Below, in pieces: positions 39,133 through 49,947 of a stretch of DNA of 64,000 nucleotides. The DNA is from Bacteroidota bacterium. GTDB lineage: Bacteria > Bacteroidota > Ignavibacteria > UBA10030 > SZUA-254. Each line of letters begins with the position of its first letter. The first letter of the stretch is position 1. The stretch is from positions 129,073-193,072 of the forward strand of contig DATDFQ010000015.1 in the NCBI GenBank assembly GCA_036522515.1. Direction: 5' to 3'. The position numbers and the translations under genes are program-made. The notes under the pieces are model-generated. The model did not search any database. It worked only from the letters and a program-made list of their open reading frames with translations, and had not been told where the DNA came from.

Positions 39133-40389
39133 CTACGATATCCCCGCGTTGGCGCGTTCGGTCCGGGTGATCGAACAGAGTTCCAGAAGCCGTTCCCGGT
39201 ACGCGTCGCTCATCGCGACGCCGCGCCGCGCCATCATCCTGCTCGCGGTCTCGACCGCCCTCCCGGGATCGTGGAGAGTGAAGCGCCCCTGTCCCCCCCA
39301 TGAAAACGAAGGGACGAATTTCGGCGGGATGCCCGGCCCGAAGAGATTGCAGGCGACGCCGACGACGGTCCCGGCATCGAACAGGGAACCGATGCCGCTC
39401 AGCGAGTGGTCTCCCATCGTGAGTCCGGCGAACTGCAGCCCCGTGTCGATTTCCTCCCCGCCCAGGCGCACCCTGACGTGTCCGTATGTGTTCTTGAGGT
39501 CGCTCGTGATCGTACCGGCGCCGAGATTCACCCAGCTCCCGAGGTAGGAGTGGCCCAGATATCCGTCATGCTGCTTGTTGGAGTAAGACTGGACGACTGA
39601 GGCCTCCACTTCTCCCCCCACCTTGCAGTGCGCTCCGATCGAAGTTCCGTGATAGATCCTCGCTCCGGCCCTGATGACCGAGTGCTCCCCGATCGATGCG
39701 GGCCCTTCAATCATGGCATGCGGAAGGACGGTGACGTTGCGGCCGAGAAGGACGGGTCCCCCGGTGGCATCGATGACCGCGCCCGCCTTCACGACGCTCT
39801 CCCGGCCGATTCTTATCTGCCTGCCGTTCAGCAGCGTGGCTCTCCGGTCGACACGCGTCTTTCCCGCCGCGCCGTCGCGTCGCCGGCGCAATCCGAAGAA
39901 TCTCTCGATCTCTGCCGCAGTGTTGGAGACCAGGTCCCAGGGATACCGCACCATCGCGCAATCGATCTGCTCCGCGGGGAGTCCCGCGACGTCCTCCGGT
40001 CCGATGGGCTCGGGCCACCGGTGAAGAAACGTGCGGAGATTTCCCCCGTCGACGCGGAAGGCGGCAAGATCGCCGCCTCTGAAGTACGCGCATTGCCGGG
40101 GTTTCTTCGACCGGACCAGCTTCACGAGGCGCTCGTCCGCGATGACGCGGCCGTTGATGAACCAGGTGTCACGGTCCGCGAGCGTATTTACGGATTGAGA
40201 GGAATGCTCGCGGCGCCAGAATCCGGCGAGATCAGGACGGACGTGGAGGGACACGGCGTTCCCGGGAAACCAGGACTCGAGGTTTTCCCTGAGCGTGGAG
40301 GCGCCGCACCGGAGCTCGTAGAGAGGCCGCAGGTATGCGAGCGGGAGAAAATTCCGGTAATGAATATCTTCGAAGAGGCAGATGTGCAT
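39133..40389 (-). CDS. Putative sugar nucleotidyltransferase with left-handed beta-helix (hexapeptide-repeat) domain
   Basis: Hexapeptide repeats through the C-terminal half (IGEHSVIRAGARIYHGTSIGAHCKVGGEVEASVV...). Family common in Bacteroidetes-like genomes. Confidence 0.55.
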   Translation of the reverse strand: MHICLFEDIHYRNFLPLAYLRPLYELRCGASTLRENLESWFPGNAVSLHVRPDLAGFWRREHSSQSVNTLADRDTWFINGRVIADERLVKLVRSKKPRQCAYFRGGDLAAFRVDGGNLRTFLHRWPEPIGPEDVAGLPAEQIDCAMVRYPWDLVSNTAAEIERFFGLRRRRDGAAGKTRVDRRATLLNGRQIRIGRESVVKAGAVIDATGGPVLLGRNVTVLPHAMIEGPASIGEHSVIRAGARIYHGTSIGAHCKVGGEVEASVVQSYSNKQHDGYLGHSYLGSWVNLGAGTITSDLKNTYGHVRVRLGGEEIDTGLQFAGLTMGDHSLSGIGSLFDAGTVVGVACNLFGPGIPPKFVPSFSWGGQGRFTLHDPGRAVETASRMMARRGVAMSDAYRERLLELCSITRTERANAGIS

Positions 40390-40466
40390 GCGACCCTATT
40401 GCAGCAAAAACGGAATTCCGATCGACCGGAATTCCGTTTCTGAAGGTAACGTGGTTTGATCCCGGG

Positions 40467-40691
40467 TCAAGCAGTCGCGGGTACTACAGGGGTCTTTTTC
40501 GCATATTTCTTATTGAACCGCTCGACGCGACCGGCCGAGTCGACAAGCTTCTGCTTTCCGGTATAAAAGGGATGGCATTTGGAACAGATTTCAATTTTCA
40601 TGTTGCCGCTCGTGGAGCGGGTCTCAAAGACGCTCCCGCAAACGCAGGTGACGAGCGCCTTCTTATATCCTGGATGAATTCCTTTTTGCAT
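40467..40691 (-). CDS. rpmE: 50S ribosomal protein L31 (Zn-ribbon type)
   Basis: [27 protein letters not shown]...[14 protein letters not shown]. Confidence 0.95.
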   Translation of the reverse strand: MQKGIHPGYKKALVTCVCGSVFETRSTSGNMKIEICSKCHPFYTGKQKLVDSAGRVERFNKKYAKKTPVVPATA

Positions 40692-40790
40692 TGTAATCTC
40701 CGATTCCGTCGAAATTTGACCATATAGTATAATAAAAATCCGGCAGAATCACAAATCGACCCGGGGGTGGTGTCTTACTTTCAGCGAATA

Positions 40791-40869
40791 TGTCATCCTG
40801 AGGGAGCGTAGCGACCGAAGGATCTCGTCGATTCAACCAGCAAGATCCTTCGCTTCGCTCAGGATGACA
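40791..40869. repeat. MITE-like palindromic element (TGTCATCCTGAGGGAGCG ... CGCTCAGGATGACA)
   Basis: Near-identical to the copy at 44199-44277. Confidence 0.7.
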
Positions 40870-40886
40870 AAGTGAACTCCCCCCAA

Positions 40887-41723
40887 TCACTCGGGTGGCT
40901 TCTTTGCCCTCGCCCTCCTCAGGGAATCCAGCCGGAGACTATCCCGTCGGGCGGCCGAATCGGGAGCCGGTGCGGTCACCGCCGCGGCCGCTTCTTGCCG
41001 GAACTCCTCCCCTTTTTTCAGGTCGTAGGTCGTGGAAGGAACGGCTTGCTGCTTTCGCATCTGGGGGGCCAGCGGTCCCGCCTTCTTCGCCTGGGAGGGA
41101 CTGACCTGCTGGAGTTGCACATTCGCCGCCGGTGCGCTCACCTCGTCTCTCGGCGCTTGTGAGGCGCTGGGAGATGCGTCTCCGAAGCCGACCCTGTTGC
41201 GCGAAGAGCTCTCAAGCCTGCGATCTGCGTCCCTCGCGACGCCCGGAAGATCGGTTTTCGTCATGAGCGGTGTCTTATCCTTCCCTGCAGGTATTTCCCG
41301 CGGGGCGGGCGCCTTTGATCCCGGTTCCGTGGAAGCAGCCGCCCCTGAATTACTCTCTTCCAGTCCCCCGGCAGATTCCCCCTGCCTGAGAACCGGCGGC
41401 GGCGCGGGCGTCGCGCGTCCGGTTGGAGCCTGGACGGATTCGACGGCACCCTCCGGAGTCATCCCCGAGCGCCAGAACATGTAATAGGAAACGAATCCGA
41501 CGGCGACAAGGGCCATGAGGGAATATCCGAACGCGGGCACTCTCTCGGGGGTGAAAATCTTTTGCCACCATCGGGCATTCGCTTCCCGCCGCTCCGGCTC
41601 GTCGAGCCGCCGCTGCAGCCGCGCTTCAAAATCGGGCGCGGCTTTGACCGGGGGAAGATTCTTCAGAGCCCGCTTGATCCGGTCGGAGGGATCGTCCCTT
41701 TGTTCCATTCTGTCATTCGTCAT
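40887..41723 (-). CDS. Putative membrane anti-sigma factor / sigma-associated protein (Pro/Ala-rich periplasmic region)
   Basis: Overlaps the 3' end of the ECF sigma gene by 11 bp. Single TM helix (FGYSLMALVAVGFVSYYMF). Low-complexity C-terminal region. Confidence 0.5.
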   Translation of the reverse strand: MTNDRMEQRDDPSDRIKRALKNLPPVKAAPDFEARLQRRLDEPERREANARWWQKIFTPERVPAFGYSLMALVAVGFVSYYMFWRSGMTPEGAVESVQAPTGRATPAPPPVLRQGESAGGLEESNSGAAASTEPGSKAPAPREIPAGKDKTPLMTKTDLPGVARDADRRLESSSRNRVGFGDASPSASQAPRDEVSAPAANVQLQQVSPSQAKKAGPLAPQMRKQQAVPSTTYDLKKGEEFRQEAAAAVTAPAPDSAARRDSLRLDSLRRARAKKPPE

Positions 41724-42315
41724 CGAGAGCGCCCTTCAACAACTCCTGAAGGCGGAGCCGAGCCCTGTTCAGGCGCGACTTCACCGTACCCATCGAGGTG
41801 TGAGAGATCTCGCAGATCTCCTCATAGCTCATCTCCTGGACATACCGCAGGACCACCACCTCCCTGTACTTCGGCGGGAGGGAATCAAGAGCATCCTGGA
41901 TGAGCCCCGACTGCAGGCTTCTCTCCGCCTGTCCGTCGGTGGGATTCCGGTGGTCCGCCGGTTCGAACTCCCTCTCCCCGCCGCCCCGGCGCCGGCCGCT
42001 GAGGGAAAACAAGCCGTGCCGTGTGCGCCGGCGGAGCTCCGACTTCGCGAGGTTCGCGGCGATCGTGTAGATCCAGGTCGAAAATTTGGCGATCGGCTTG
42101 TACGAGTGTTTCTTCCGGTAGACCCTGATCAGCGTCTCCTGGGCCACCTCATCCGCCCCGTCGTATTCCCCAAGAAACCGGAACGCAAAATTGACGAGCT
42201 GGTCCTTGTACCGGCCGACGAGGAGATCGTACGCCCGCTGGTCGCCGTTCTGAAACGCCCCGATCAATTCTTCGTCGGTCCGCACGCGGGCCGCGGTCTG
42301 CTCCCCGAGGGGCAT
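41713..42315 (-). CDS. RNA polymerase ECF sigma factor (RpoE/sigma-24 type)
   Basis: Sigma-70 region 2 (LIGAFQNGDQRAYDLLVGRYKDQLVNFAFRF) and region 4 (YEEICEISHTSMGTVKSRLNRAR). Confidence 0.8.
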   Translation of the reverse strand: MPLGEQTAARVRTDEELIGAFQNGDQRAYDLLVGRYKDQLVNFAFRFLGEYDGADEVAQETLIRVYRKKHSYKPIAKFSTWIYTIAANLAKSELRRRTRHGLFSLSGRRRGGGEREFEPADHRNPTDGQAERSLQSGLIQDALDSLPPKYREVVVLRYVQEMSYEEICEISHTSMGTVKSRLNRARLRLQELLKGALDDE

Positions 42316-42404
42316 TCAGCTACCCATGTAACTTCTTGAACGGGTCAAATGTTCCTCCGCGGCCGGATTCGGGGCCAATCGGCACGGTTTCGATACCCCG
42401 CCGG

Positions 42405-43466
42405 TCATCCGGGCCCCGCCAGCTTGAAGACGAGGAGCGTCATCGTCAGCCGCTCGTCCATCTGAGACGACTTCAACGACTCGTCGGCCTCCACCAGCGC
42501 GCGAAAACAGTTGCGGAGCGTCTCCGCCGGGTAGTTTTTCACGGCCGCAAGATATTCCCTGAGGGCGAAGGGGCTCATGCCCATTTGAGCCGGGAGCTGC
42601 GACTCGGGGATCCTTTTCCCGACGAACTCCTGGAGGAGCCAGATTTTTTGATAGTAGCGGGTCAGCATGACGATCATCCCCACCGGAGATTCGCCGCTTT
42701 TGAGCATCCGCTCCATGATCTCCATCGCCCGTTGCATGTTCCGGAGCCCCATCGCCCGTTGCAGCTCAAAAATATTGAACTGCCTCGACATCCCCACGAC
42801 GCTGTTGACGTCCCCGGCGTCGATCGATTTCTTGTCGCCGACATAGATGACGAGTTTTTCGATCTCGTTCTGGACCTCGCGGAGCGACCTGCCGACATAG
42901 GACGGGATAAGCTGGCAGGCCTCCGCGCTCGGTTCCTTGCCGAGCTTCCTGATGCGTCCTTCGACCCACTCGGGCATCTCGTACTCGGCCAGCCGCTTGC
43001 ACTCCAGCACGACTCCCTTCTCGCGGACGGCGCGGAAAAACTTCAGACGGAAGTCGGGCTTCGCGGAGATCAAGACGAGGCTCGCCGAGGCCGGGGGCTG
43101 CTCCGCCACCGGAAGCAACCGTTCCAGGTTGGCGACCTTGTCGATCTCGTGTACAACGACCACGCGCCGCTTCCCCATCATCGGATAGGACGCGACGATC
43201 GAGGAGATATCCATAGCATCCTGTTCGGCTCCCCGGACGGTGTCGAGGTCGAACTCCCGCGCGCCCGGCTCGAGAGCGGACTCGACGACGCGCTGGACCG
43301 CTTCGCCGATCAGGAAGTCCTCCTCGCCGTGGAACAGATACAGAGGAGCGATCTCCCCTTGCCGGAGAGACCGCTCCAGTTCACCCAACGTGCCGCCGCC
43401 GCCGGTCGCCCGGCGGGTCTGCAGGGCGGATCGCCCCGCCCGATCTTCGGGTACGGGATCGGTCAC
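42405..43466 (-). CDS. holA: DNA polymerase III delta subunit
   Basis: APLYLFHGEEDFL N-terminal signature. Roughly 340-aa clamp-loader delta architecture. Confidence 0.75.
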   Translation of the reverse strand: MTDPVPEDRAGRSALQTRRATGGGGTLGELERSLRQGEIAPLYLFHGEEDFLIGEAVQRVVESALEPGAREFDLDTVRGAEQDAMDISSIVASYPMMGKRRVVVVHEIDKVANLERLLPVAEQPPASASLVLISAKPDFRLKFFRAVREKGVVLECKRLAEYEMPEWVEGRIRKLGKEPSAEACQLIPSYVGRSLREVQNEIEKLVIYVGDKKSIDAGDVNSVVGMSRQFNIFELQRAMGLRNMQRAMEIMERMLKSGESPVGMIVMLTRYYQKIWLLQEFVGKRIPESQLPAQMGMSPFALREYLAAVKNYPAETLRNCFRALVEADESLKSSQMDERLTMTLLVFKLAGPG

Positions 43467-43484
43467 GCGGCTCTCCCTGGGGGG

Positions 43485-44138
<654 letters not shown>

Positions 44139-44198
44139 TGGTGCTCCATGATGAGTAGTTGTAGTGGTGAATTGGACGTACGTGAAAAACCTGCTCTT

Positions 44199-44277
44199 CT
44201 GTCATCCTGAGGGAGCGTAGCGACCGAAGGATCTCGTCTTTCCAACCAGCAAGATCCTTCGCTTCGGTCAGGATGAC
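44199..44277. repeat. MITE-like palindromic element (same subfamily as 40791)
   Basis: TGTCATCCTGAGGGAGCGTAGCGACCGAAGGATCTCGTC...AAGATCCTTCGCTTCGGTCAGGATGACA. Confidence 0.7.
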
Positions 44278-44283
44278 ACATCC

Positions 44284-44967
44284 TTAAAGATAATAAATCA
44301 ATCCGAATTTTACACCGAGGCTGAAAAAGTCCATCGTGGCCGGCTTGTCCAGAACAGGAATCATCATCCTCTTGTTCCCGGGGTCCCGGAATTCGCCCAT
44401 CAGGTCGTCGCGCAGATCGACGGAAATGAGGCCGAAGAGGTGGTCGTCGAACTCCGTATTCCCCTCTGCTTCGAGCTTGATTCCGACCCCCCTGGAGGTA
44501 TAGCTGTCGGAGACCAGGACCGAGGCGTCCTCGGTAAACTTCGCGAAATGGTACCCGGCTCCGCCGCCGATCTTGAACGCGTACCCCCGGCCTGCGACGA
44601 GATACTGGGCCATCACCACCGGCATGTGAATTCCATAGGAGAAGGAGTAGTCGGGCCCGTACGGCTGGGCGACCGAATAGGACTTTAACAGGTAGGAGTA
44701 TTCCAGCTTCACGCCCCACGATTCGGAAACCCGGACCTCGCCCGCGCCGAAGAATTCGGAGGCGGTCGTGAAATCCTGCAGCTTCGAGGAGGGCTGATAA
44801 GTCAGGTTGATATAGTCGACGACGTCCGCCGCGTCGATCAGCGTGACGCCGAGTCCTCCCCCCAGTCCGATCGCCAGCCCCGGCGCGGCAAGGGAATCCT
44901 GCTGGGCGGGCAGGGTTGCGACGCCTGCGGCGAAGAGGAGCGGGAGAAGGCAGATCTTACGAAACAC
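44284..44967 (-). CDS. Outer-membrane beta-barrel protein
   Basis: Signal peptide, amphipathic beta strands, terminal ...GLIYYL. Confidence 0.5.
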   Translation of the reverse strand: MFRKICLLPLLFAAGVATLPAQQDSLAAPGLAIGLGGGLGVTLIDAADVVDYINLTYQPSSKLQDFTTASEFFGAGEVRVSESWGVKLEYSYLLKSYSVAQPYGPDYSFSYGIHMPVVMAQYLVAGRGYAFKIGGGAGYHFAKFTEDASVLVSDSYTSRGVGIKLEAEGNTEFDDHLFGLISVDLRDDLMGEFRDPGNKRMMIPVLDKPATMDFFSLGVKFGLIYYL

Positions 44968-46012
44968 TGCCCGCCTCGACGGGAAGCCGGTCGCCGGCGC
45001 GCTTGGCGTTCGTCACATCGGCAAGGTGAAGCTTGTCGACCCAGAAATAGTAAATCCCGAGGATCGTCATCGCGATATACCCTATCGCATGCGTCACCGT
45101 CGCATAACTGAGCGCCAGCTCGGCGTCCACGTTATAGAGTTTCGTCAAGCACTGGACGGTAAAGTAGTGGTACGGGCCGGTCGATCCGGGCGTCGGGGCC
45201 ATGTAGCCGATCGACGAGATGGCCTGAACCACCACCGCGGACCGGAGGTCGAGCCCGAATTTTTCGGTCAGCCCGAACGCGTAGAACGGAAGGTACATCA
45301 TGAGGATGTAGAGGGCCCACACGGCCACGCTCAGGATCGCGATCGGAAAATAATGCCTCGGCTGCTTCAGGAAGAGGAAGCCGTCGAGGAACGAATGCGA
45401 GATATCCTCCACCGTCTTCGCCCTCGCCGGCGAAAGATGGCGCGTGAAGAAATTCAGCAGCCGCATCAGGACGTCCCGGCGGAGCATCAGGAAGGTGAAG
45501 ATCCCGACGCACGCCAGCGTCGCGACGCTGAGCCAGATGCCGGTTTCTTCAAGCCACGGAAAGGACTGCGTGAGCGGGCCGGAGTAGACGAGGGGTATCA
45601 GCGCGACCATGATGAGGAAGGAGATGAGGTCGAAGATCCTCTCCACCAGGAGCGTTCCGAACGCGGCGCTGCGCGAGATCCCCTCGAGCTTCGAGATGGC
45701 GTACGGGCGGACGACTTCGCCGACCTTCGGAAGAATGTTGTTCACCAGATACCCGACTGACATGGCGGAAAAGAGGTTCCGGAAGCGTATCTCCCGCTTG
45801 ATCGGCCGGAGGAGGTATTCCCACCTCCATGCGCGAAACAGGTGGCTCGCGATCAGCACCGGAAGCGAGGCGAGCGCCCACCAATAGTTTGCGTTCTCCA
45901 GGATCTCCCAGAGCTTTCCGAAATCCGTCCCCTTGAACGCGAAATAGAGGAAAAAGAGGGTGAGAAAGACGCTCAACCCGTATTTGAGCCCGGTCTTAAG
46001 CCTTGGCGTCAT
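44957..46012 (-). CDS. UPF0104/LPG-synthase-TM family integral membrane protein (flippase-like)
   Basis: Eight predicted TM helices. N-terminal FKGTDFGKLWEILENANYWWALASLP characteristic of the TIGR00374 family. Confidence 0.55.
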   Translation of the reverse strand: MTPRLKTGLKYGLSVFLTLFFLYFAFKGTDFGKLWEILENANYWWALASLPVLIASHLFRAWRWEYLLRPIKREIRFRNLFSAMSVGYLVNNILPKVGEVVRPYAISKLEGISRSAAFGTLLVERIFDLISFLIMVALIPLVYSGPLTQSFPWLEETGIWLSVATLACVGIFTFLMLRRDVLMRLLNFFTRHLSPARAKTVEDISHSFLDGFLFLKQPRHYFPIAILSVAVWALYILMMYLPFYAFGLTEKFGLDLRSAVVVQAISSIGYMAPTPGSTGPYHYFTVQCLTKLYNVDAELALSYATVTHAIGYIAMTILGIYYFWVDKLHLADVTNAKRAGDRLPVEAGSVS

Positions 46013-46042
46013 GCGGGGAGGAGGCCCTGCAGAGTGGCGGGG

Positions 46043-46705
46043 TCAGCGGACATCGATCACTTCGACGCCCGGAGGCGGCTTGAATTGGAACGTGCTGTCG
46101 GGGATGCCCGCGTTCAGAGTGATGCCCCCCAGGTCGTACGTCGTCTGGTTGTCTGCGACATCGAGAAGTTGTATTCGCTTCATCAGCCATTCCTTCCGGT
46201 CGACCCAGAGCTTCATCCACTTGATGTTCGATTTCTCGCTTCTGGGGACGAGCTTCAGGAGGGAGGTTTCCGCCGTTCCGACCTTTTCCTCCCCCAGCAG
46301 GGCGGCGGAGTAGTTCTCCGGAACATTCACGAGAATCCGGTCGGGGGAGAAGTTGAGGGAATCCTCCTTGTACGAGTCGACGAGCACCTGGTTGTTGATC
46401 TGTGAATAGTTCCATGCCGAGACGCCGTCCGTCACGATCGTCTGATCCTCGAGCTCGATCCGGTACTTGTTGCCTTTCTTCATCCAGAGCGTGCCGGAAA
46501 AGTCCTGTTTCGACTGCGTCACCCCGAAGACGACGCGCCGGGTGAAGGTGAGTTTCGCGTCGTGAATCGAATCGTACTTGTCCCGCATCTTCTCCAGGAC
46601 GTCGCCGGCGTCGCCCGAATCGAGCGGCCGGAAGGCGACGGCGCCCAGGATCAGGAGCAGCGCGGCGCCCCGCAGGATCGTTCGTATCTTCCCGGGCGCC
46701 GCCAT
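46043..46705 (-). CDS. lolA: Outer-membrane lipoprotein carrier protein LolA-like
   Basis: Signal peptide. Size and beta-rich composition. Immediately downstream of ftsK, as in E. coli. Confidence 0.6.
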   Translation of the reverse strand: MAAPGKIRTILRGAALLLILGAVAFRPLDSGDAGDVLEKMRDKYDSIHDAKLTFTRRVVFGVTQSKQDFSGTLWMKKGNKYRIELEDQTIVTDGVSAWNYSQINNQVLVDSYKEDSLNFSPDRILVNVPENYSAALLGEEKVGTAETSLLKLVPRSEKSNIKWMKLWVDRKEWLMKRIQLLDVADNQTTYDLGGITLNAGIPDSTFQFKPPPGVEVIDVR

Positions 46706-49168
46706 CTATTCCATCTCCTTCAGCTTCATTTCCAGCTCGGGGTCGCTCTCGATGAGCACCGCGCGGGCCTTGCTCCCGTCGAACGGCCCGACGATCCCGG
46801 CCGCCTCGAGCTCGTCGACAAGCCTCGCCGCGCGCGAATATCCGACCTTCAGCCGCCTCTGCAGCAGGGAGACCGACCCCTGCTGATGGCGCACGATGAG
46901 GCGCGCGGCTTCTTCAAAAAACTCGTCGCGGTTTCCGCCCGACCTGCTCATCCCGGCGCGCCTCCGCTCGAGAACGGACGGAAGCTGGAACGCCCTCTTA
47001 TACCCCTGCTGGCGGGCGATGTAATCGGTCAGCCTCTCCACTTCGTCCATCGAGACGTACGCGCTCTGGATCCGGACCGGCTTGGGGCTCCCCGAAGGAA
47101 GGTAGAGCATGTCGCCGCTCCCCAGGAGCTGTTCGGCGCCGTTCATGTCGAGAATCGTTCGGGAATCGGTCTTCGAGGCGACCTGGTAGGCGATCCTCGA
47201 GGGAAAGTTGGCCTTGATGACCCCCGTGATCACATCCACCGACGGGCGCTGGGTGGCGAGCACAAGATGGATCCCGACGGCGCGGGCGAGCTGGGCGAGC
47301 CGTGCGATCGGCTCCTCCACCTCCCGGGCCGCGGTCATCATGAGGTCGGCAAGCTCGTCGATGACGACGACGAGGTAGGGCATCTTGCGGTGGGTGAAGG
47401 CCTCCGTGTCCTTCAACCTCCCCGCCTTGAACCGTTCGTTGTAATCCTGGATGTTGCGGACGCCCGCAGCGGCGAGCTTGTCGTAGCGCTTCTCCATCTC
47501 GAGCTCGACGCCTTTCAGCACGCTGACGGCGCTCGCGGGAGAGGTGACGATTTCCTCGTCGATGTCGGGGGAGACCGCGAGAAAATGGCGGTTCAGCTTC
47601 CCGTAATTCGTCAGCTCGATCTTCTTGGGATCGATGATGATGAATTTCACATCCGAGGGATGGAGCCGGAAAATCAGGCTTGCAAGGATCGTGTTGATGC
47701 CGACGCTCTTTCCGGACCCCGTGGAGCCGGCGATCAGGAGATGGGGCATTTTCGCCAGGTCGTCGGTATAGACTTCGCCGGAGATGGACTTTCCGAGCGC
47801 CAGCGGGAGGCTCGCCTTCGCGTCGCGGAACCGCTGCGAGTTGAGGACGCTCCGGAGGTAGACCATCGACGGGTTTTTGTTCGGGATCTCGACCCCCACC
47901 GCGCTCTTGCCGGGGATCGGGGCGATGATGCGGATCCCGCGCGCCGCGAGCGCGAGGGCCAGGTCGTCCGCCAGGCTCACGATCCGGCTGATCTTTACGC
48001 CCGAGGCGGGCACGAGCTCATACAACGTGATCACCGGTCCCGGGGTCACGCTCACGCTTTCGATTTCGACGCCGAAGTGGGCCAGCTTCCCGCGCACGAG
48101 CTCGGCGTTCGCCTTCAATTCATCGGGTCCGACCACGTCCGACTGCCGGGGGGGATCGAGAAGCTCGACCGAAGGGAACACATAGTCGATCTCACCCTCG
48201 TCGTTTTCGACGGGGGCGGCCGGTTCCGGCGCGACAGGCGCAGGCCCGGGAATTCTGCGCGCTTCCCTCTGAGGGGGTTCTGCGATTCGCGGACTCACAT
48301 CGGGGCCGGCGATCGCGTCCTCCGGCTCATCTGATATTCCGGGGGATACGGCGGGAGAGAGGTCGTACGGCTCCTCCGGAACATCGTCATTAGCGGCGGC
48401 ACCCGCGAGGTCTTCCTCTTCTCCGTCCGCGGGGCGAATCGTCACCTCGCCGGCCCGGGCGTCCCGGGGGGCGACGCTGGAACCGCCCGGTTGCCTGGTC
48501 CTCAGGAGCCGGTCCATGATCCCCTCGCCGAACGACTTGAACCGGTCGAGCGATTTGTGGATATCGAGATCGACGGCGAAGACGGCCGTCAGGGCGATCG
48601 CGATGACGAACAGGATCGACGCGCCGCCGATGCCGAAGAGCTTCGTGGCGACGTCCGCCATGAAGGCGCCCATGGTGCCGCTCCATTCTTTCCCGAGGCT
48701 TCCGCCCGCGATGTTCACCACTCCCATCGCGCTCGAAAAGAGAAGGAGAAGAATCAGGGCGTAATTCGTGAGCGTGAGAGGCTTCCGCACGTCGCTCTTT
48801 CGCAGGAGGATCCACCCCCAGATCAGCATCAGCAGGGGAATCACGATCGAGGCGTAGCCGGCGGTGGAGTTGATGAAGAAATTCGAAACGAGAGCCCCGA
48901 ACAGGCCGAAGCGATTCTCGATGCCGCCCGCCCTCGCCTTCACGTCGCTGTTCCAGATGAGCCGGAGGATGTCGAGCGGCGAGAGATGTTCGAGGAGCGC
49001 CTCGTCCCTCCTCGTGTAGACGACGATGCTCAGCGTGACGAGAAGGCCGCCCGCCATCATGAGGATGCCGCCGATCTGCCTTCGACGTCCGTCGGGAGGC
49101 TTCTTGCGGCCTTTCGAAGACTGGGCCCGGGGAGAGTTCCTTGCCCCGTCGGGCGTCCGGGGCGTCAT
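46706..49168 (-). CDS. ftsK: DNA translocase FtsK
   Basis: N-terminal TM helices. Pro/Glu-rich linker. Motor domain with Walker A LLIAGSTGSGKSVGIN and winged-helix gamma domain. Start set at MTPRTPDG, because the longer ORF would overlap comB. Confidence 0.9.
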   Translation of the reverse strand: MTPRTPDGARNSPRAQSSKGRKKPPDGRRRQIGGILMMAGGLLVTLSIVVYTRRDEALLEHLSPLDILRLIWNSDVKARAGGIENRFGLFGALVSNFFINSTAGYASIVIPLLMLIWGWILLRKSDVRKPLTLTNYALILLLLFSSAMGVVNIAGGSLGKEWSGTMGAFMADVATKLFGIGGASILFVIAIALTAVFAVDLDIHKSLDRFKSFGEGIMDRLLRTRQPGGSSVAPRDARAGEVTIRPADGEEEDLAGAAANDDVPEEPYDLSPAVSPGISDEPEDAIAGPDVSPRIAEPPQREARRIPGPAPVAPEPAAPVENDEGEIDYVFPSVELLDPPRQSDVVGPDELKANAELVRGKLAHFGVEIESVSVTPGPVITLYELVPASGVKISRIVSLADDLALALAARGIRIIAPIPGKSAVGVEIPNKNPSMVYLRSVLNSQRFRDAKASLPLALGKSISGEVYTDDLAKMPHLLIAGSTGSGKSVGINTILASLIFRLHPSDVKFIIIDPKKIELTNYGKLNRHFLAVSPDIDEEIVTSPASAVSVLKGVELEMEKRYDKLAAAGVRNIQDYNERFKAGRLKDTEAFTHRKMPYLVVVIDELADLMMTAAREVEEPIARLAQLARAVGIHLVLATQRPSVDVITGVIKANFPSRIAYQVASKTDSRTILDMNGAEQLLGSGDMLYLPSGSPKPVRIQSAYVSMDEVERLTDYIARQQGYKRAFQLPSVLERRRAGMSRSGGNRDEFFEEAARLIVRHQQGSVSLLQRRLKVGYSRAARLVDELEAAGIVGPFDGSKARAVLIESDPELEMKLKEME

Positions 49169-49182
49169 TTCAGCGGTGAGTT

Positions 49183-49947
49183 TCACGAGCCGGGCGGGTG
49201 AGCGTCCTGGTGGGCCCGGATGATGTTTCCCGACAACTTGGGGAGAACCTGCACGGAATCGAGCTCGCTGCAGACTTTCAGGTCGTCGCCGAAGCCGAGC
49301 TCCGTCAGCAGGGCGCCGTGCTGGGAGGTCTCCAGCATCTTGAGGATGTTCTTGCCGAAATTCTTGTCGAGCGCCGCCGCCGCCTTTCCCGCGTCGTCGA
49401 GAACGAGTTCGGAGTCCGTCTCCCTGCCGAGCTGGTTGATGATCTTGCCGGCGCAGACCGAGTCCTCGATGCAAAAGCTGTTCTCGTTGCCCGCACAGAT
49501 GATGATGAAGTTCGAGTTGAGCCCGGCCAGGAATCGCACCACCATCGACAGGTTCACGAAGCTCGCGACGACATGGTGTTTCGCATGCCGGCCCTTCGCC
49601 ATGGCTCCCGTTCCGTTCGTGGTCATCAGGATGATCGACTTCCCCTTCACGACCTCCTCCTTGAACTCACGGGGAGAATTTCCGAGATTAAACCCCTCGA
49701 TCATCTTCGCGTTCCGTTCTCCCGCCCGCAGGGTGACGGTCCCGAAGAGGCTGCCCGAGATCTTGACGACGTTCTCGATGTCCCCCACGGGAATGATTTC
49801 CTTCGCGCCGTTTCCGAGCGCGACCGCGATCGTCGTGCTCGCCCGCAACACGTCGATCACCACGACGTTCTTGTCCTTCAGGTACATCTCGTCGATGTTC
49901 CGGGGCGAGAAGTGCGTGCTGATCTCAATGTGGTTCTTACCCGCCAT
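49183..49947 (-). CDS. comB: 2-phosphosulfolactate phosphatase family protein (ComB-like)
   Basis: VVIDVLRASTTI...TTNGT motifs of the ComB family. Confidence 0.7.
   Translation of the reverse strand: MAGKNHIEISTHFSPRNIDEMYLKDKNVVVIDVLRASTTIAVALGNGAKEIIPVGDIENVVKISGSLFGTVTLRAGERNAKMIEGFNLGNSPREFKEEVVKGKSIILMTTNGTGAMAKGRHAKHHVVASFVNLSMVVRFLAGLNSNFIIICAGNENSFCIEDSVCAGKIINQLGRETDSELVLDDAGKAAAALDKNFGKNILKMLETSQHGALLTELGFGDDLKVCSELDSVQVLPKLSGNIIRAHQDAHPPGS

Noticed and set aside
40663-40890. Small ORFs translating to ...[24 protein letters not shown]... (40663-40890, 44135-44719, 53062-53325, 53081-53302)
   Set aside because: They lie entirely within MITE-like repeat copies. The shared peptide comes from translating the repeat, not from a gene family.
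46562-48334. 590-aa plus-strand ORF (also 49220-51154, 51088-52434, 37708-39303, 36584-37972, 33790-34770, 35352-36353, 39628-40443, 44843-45760)
   Set aside because: All lie opposite well-supported minus-strand genes (ftsK, comB/gcvT, rng, rsmB, tdh, apbC, kbl, the LbH transferase, the UPF0104 protein). Each has an Arg/Gly/Asp-rich composition typical of antisense frames.
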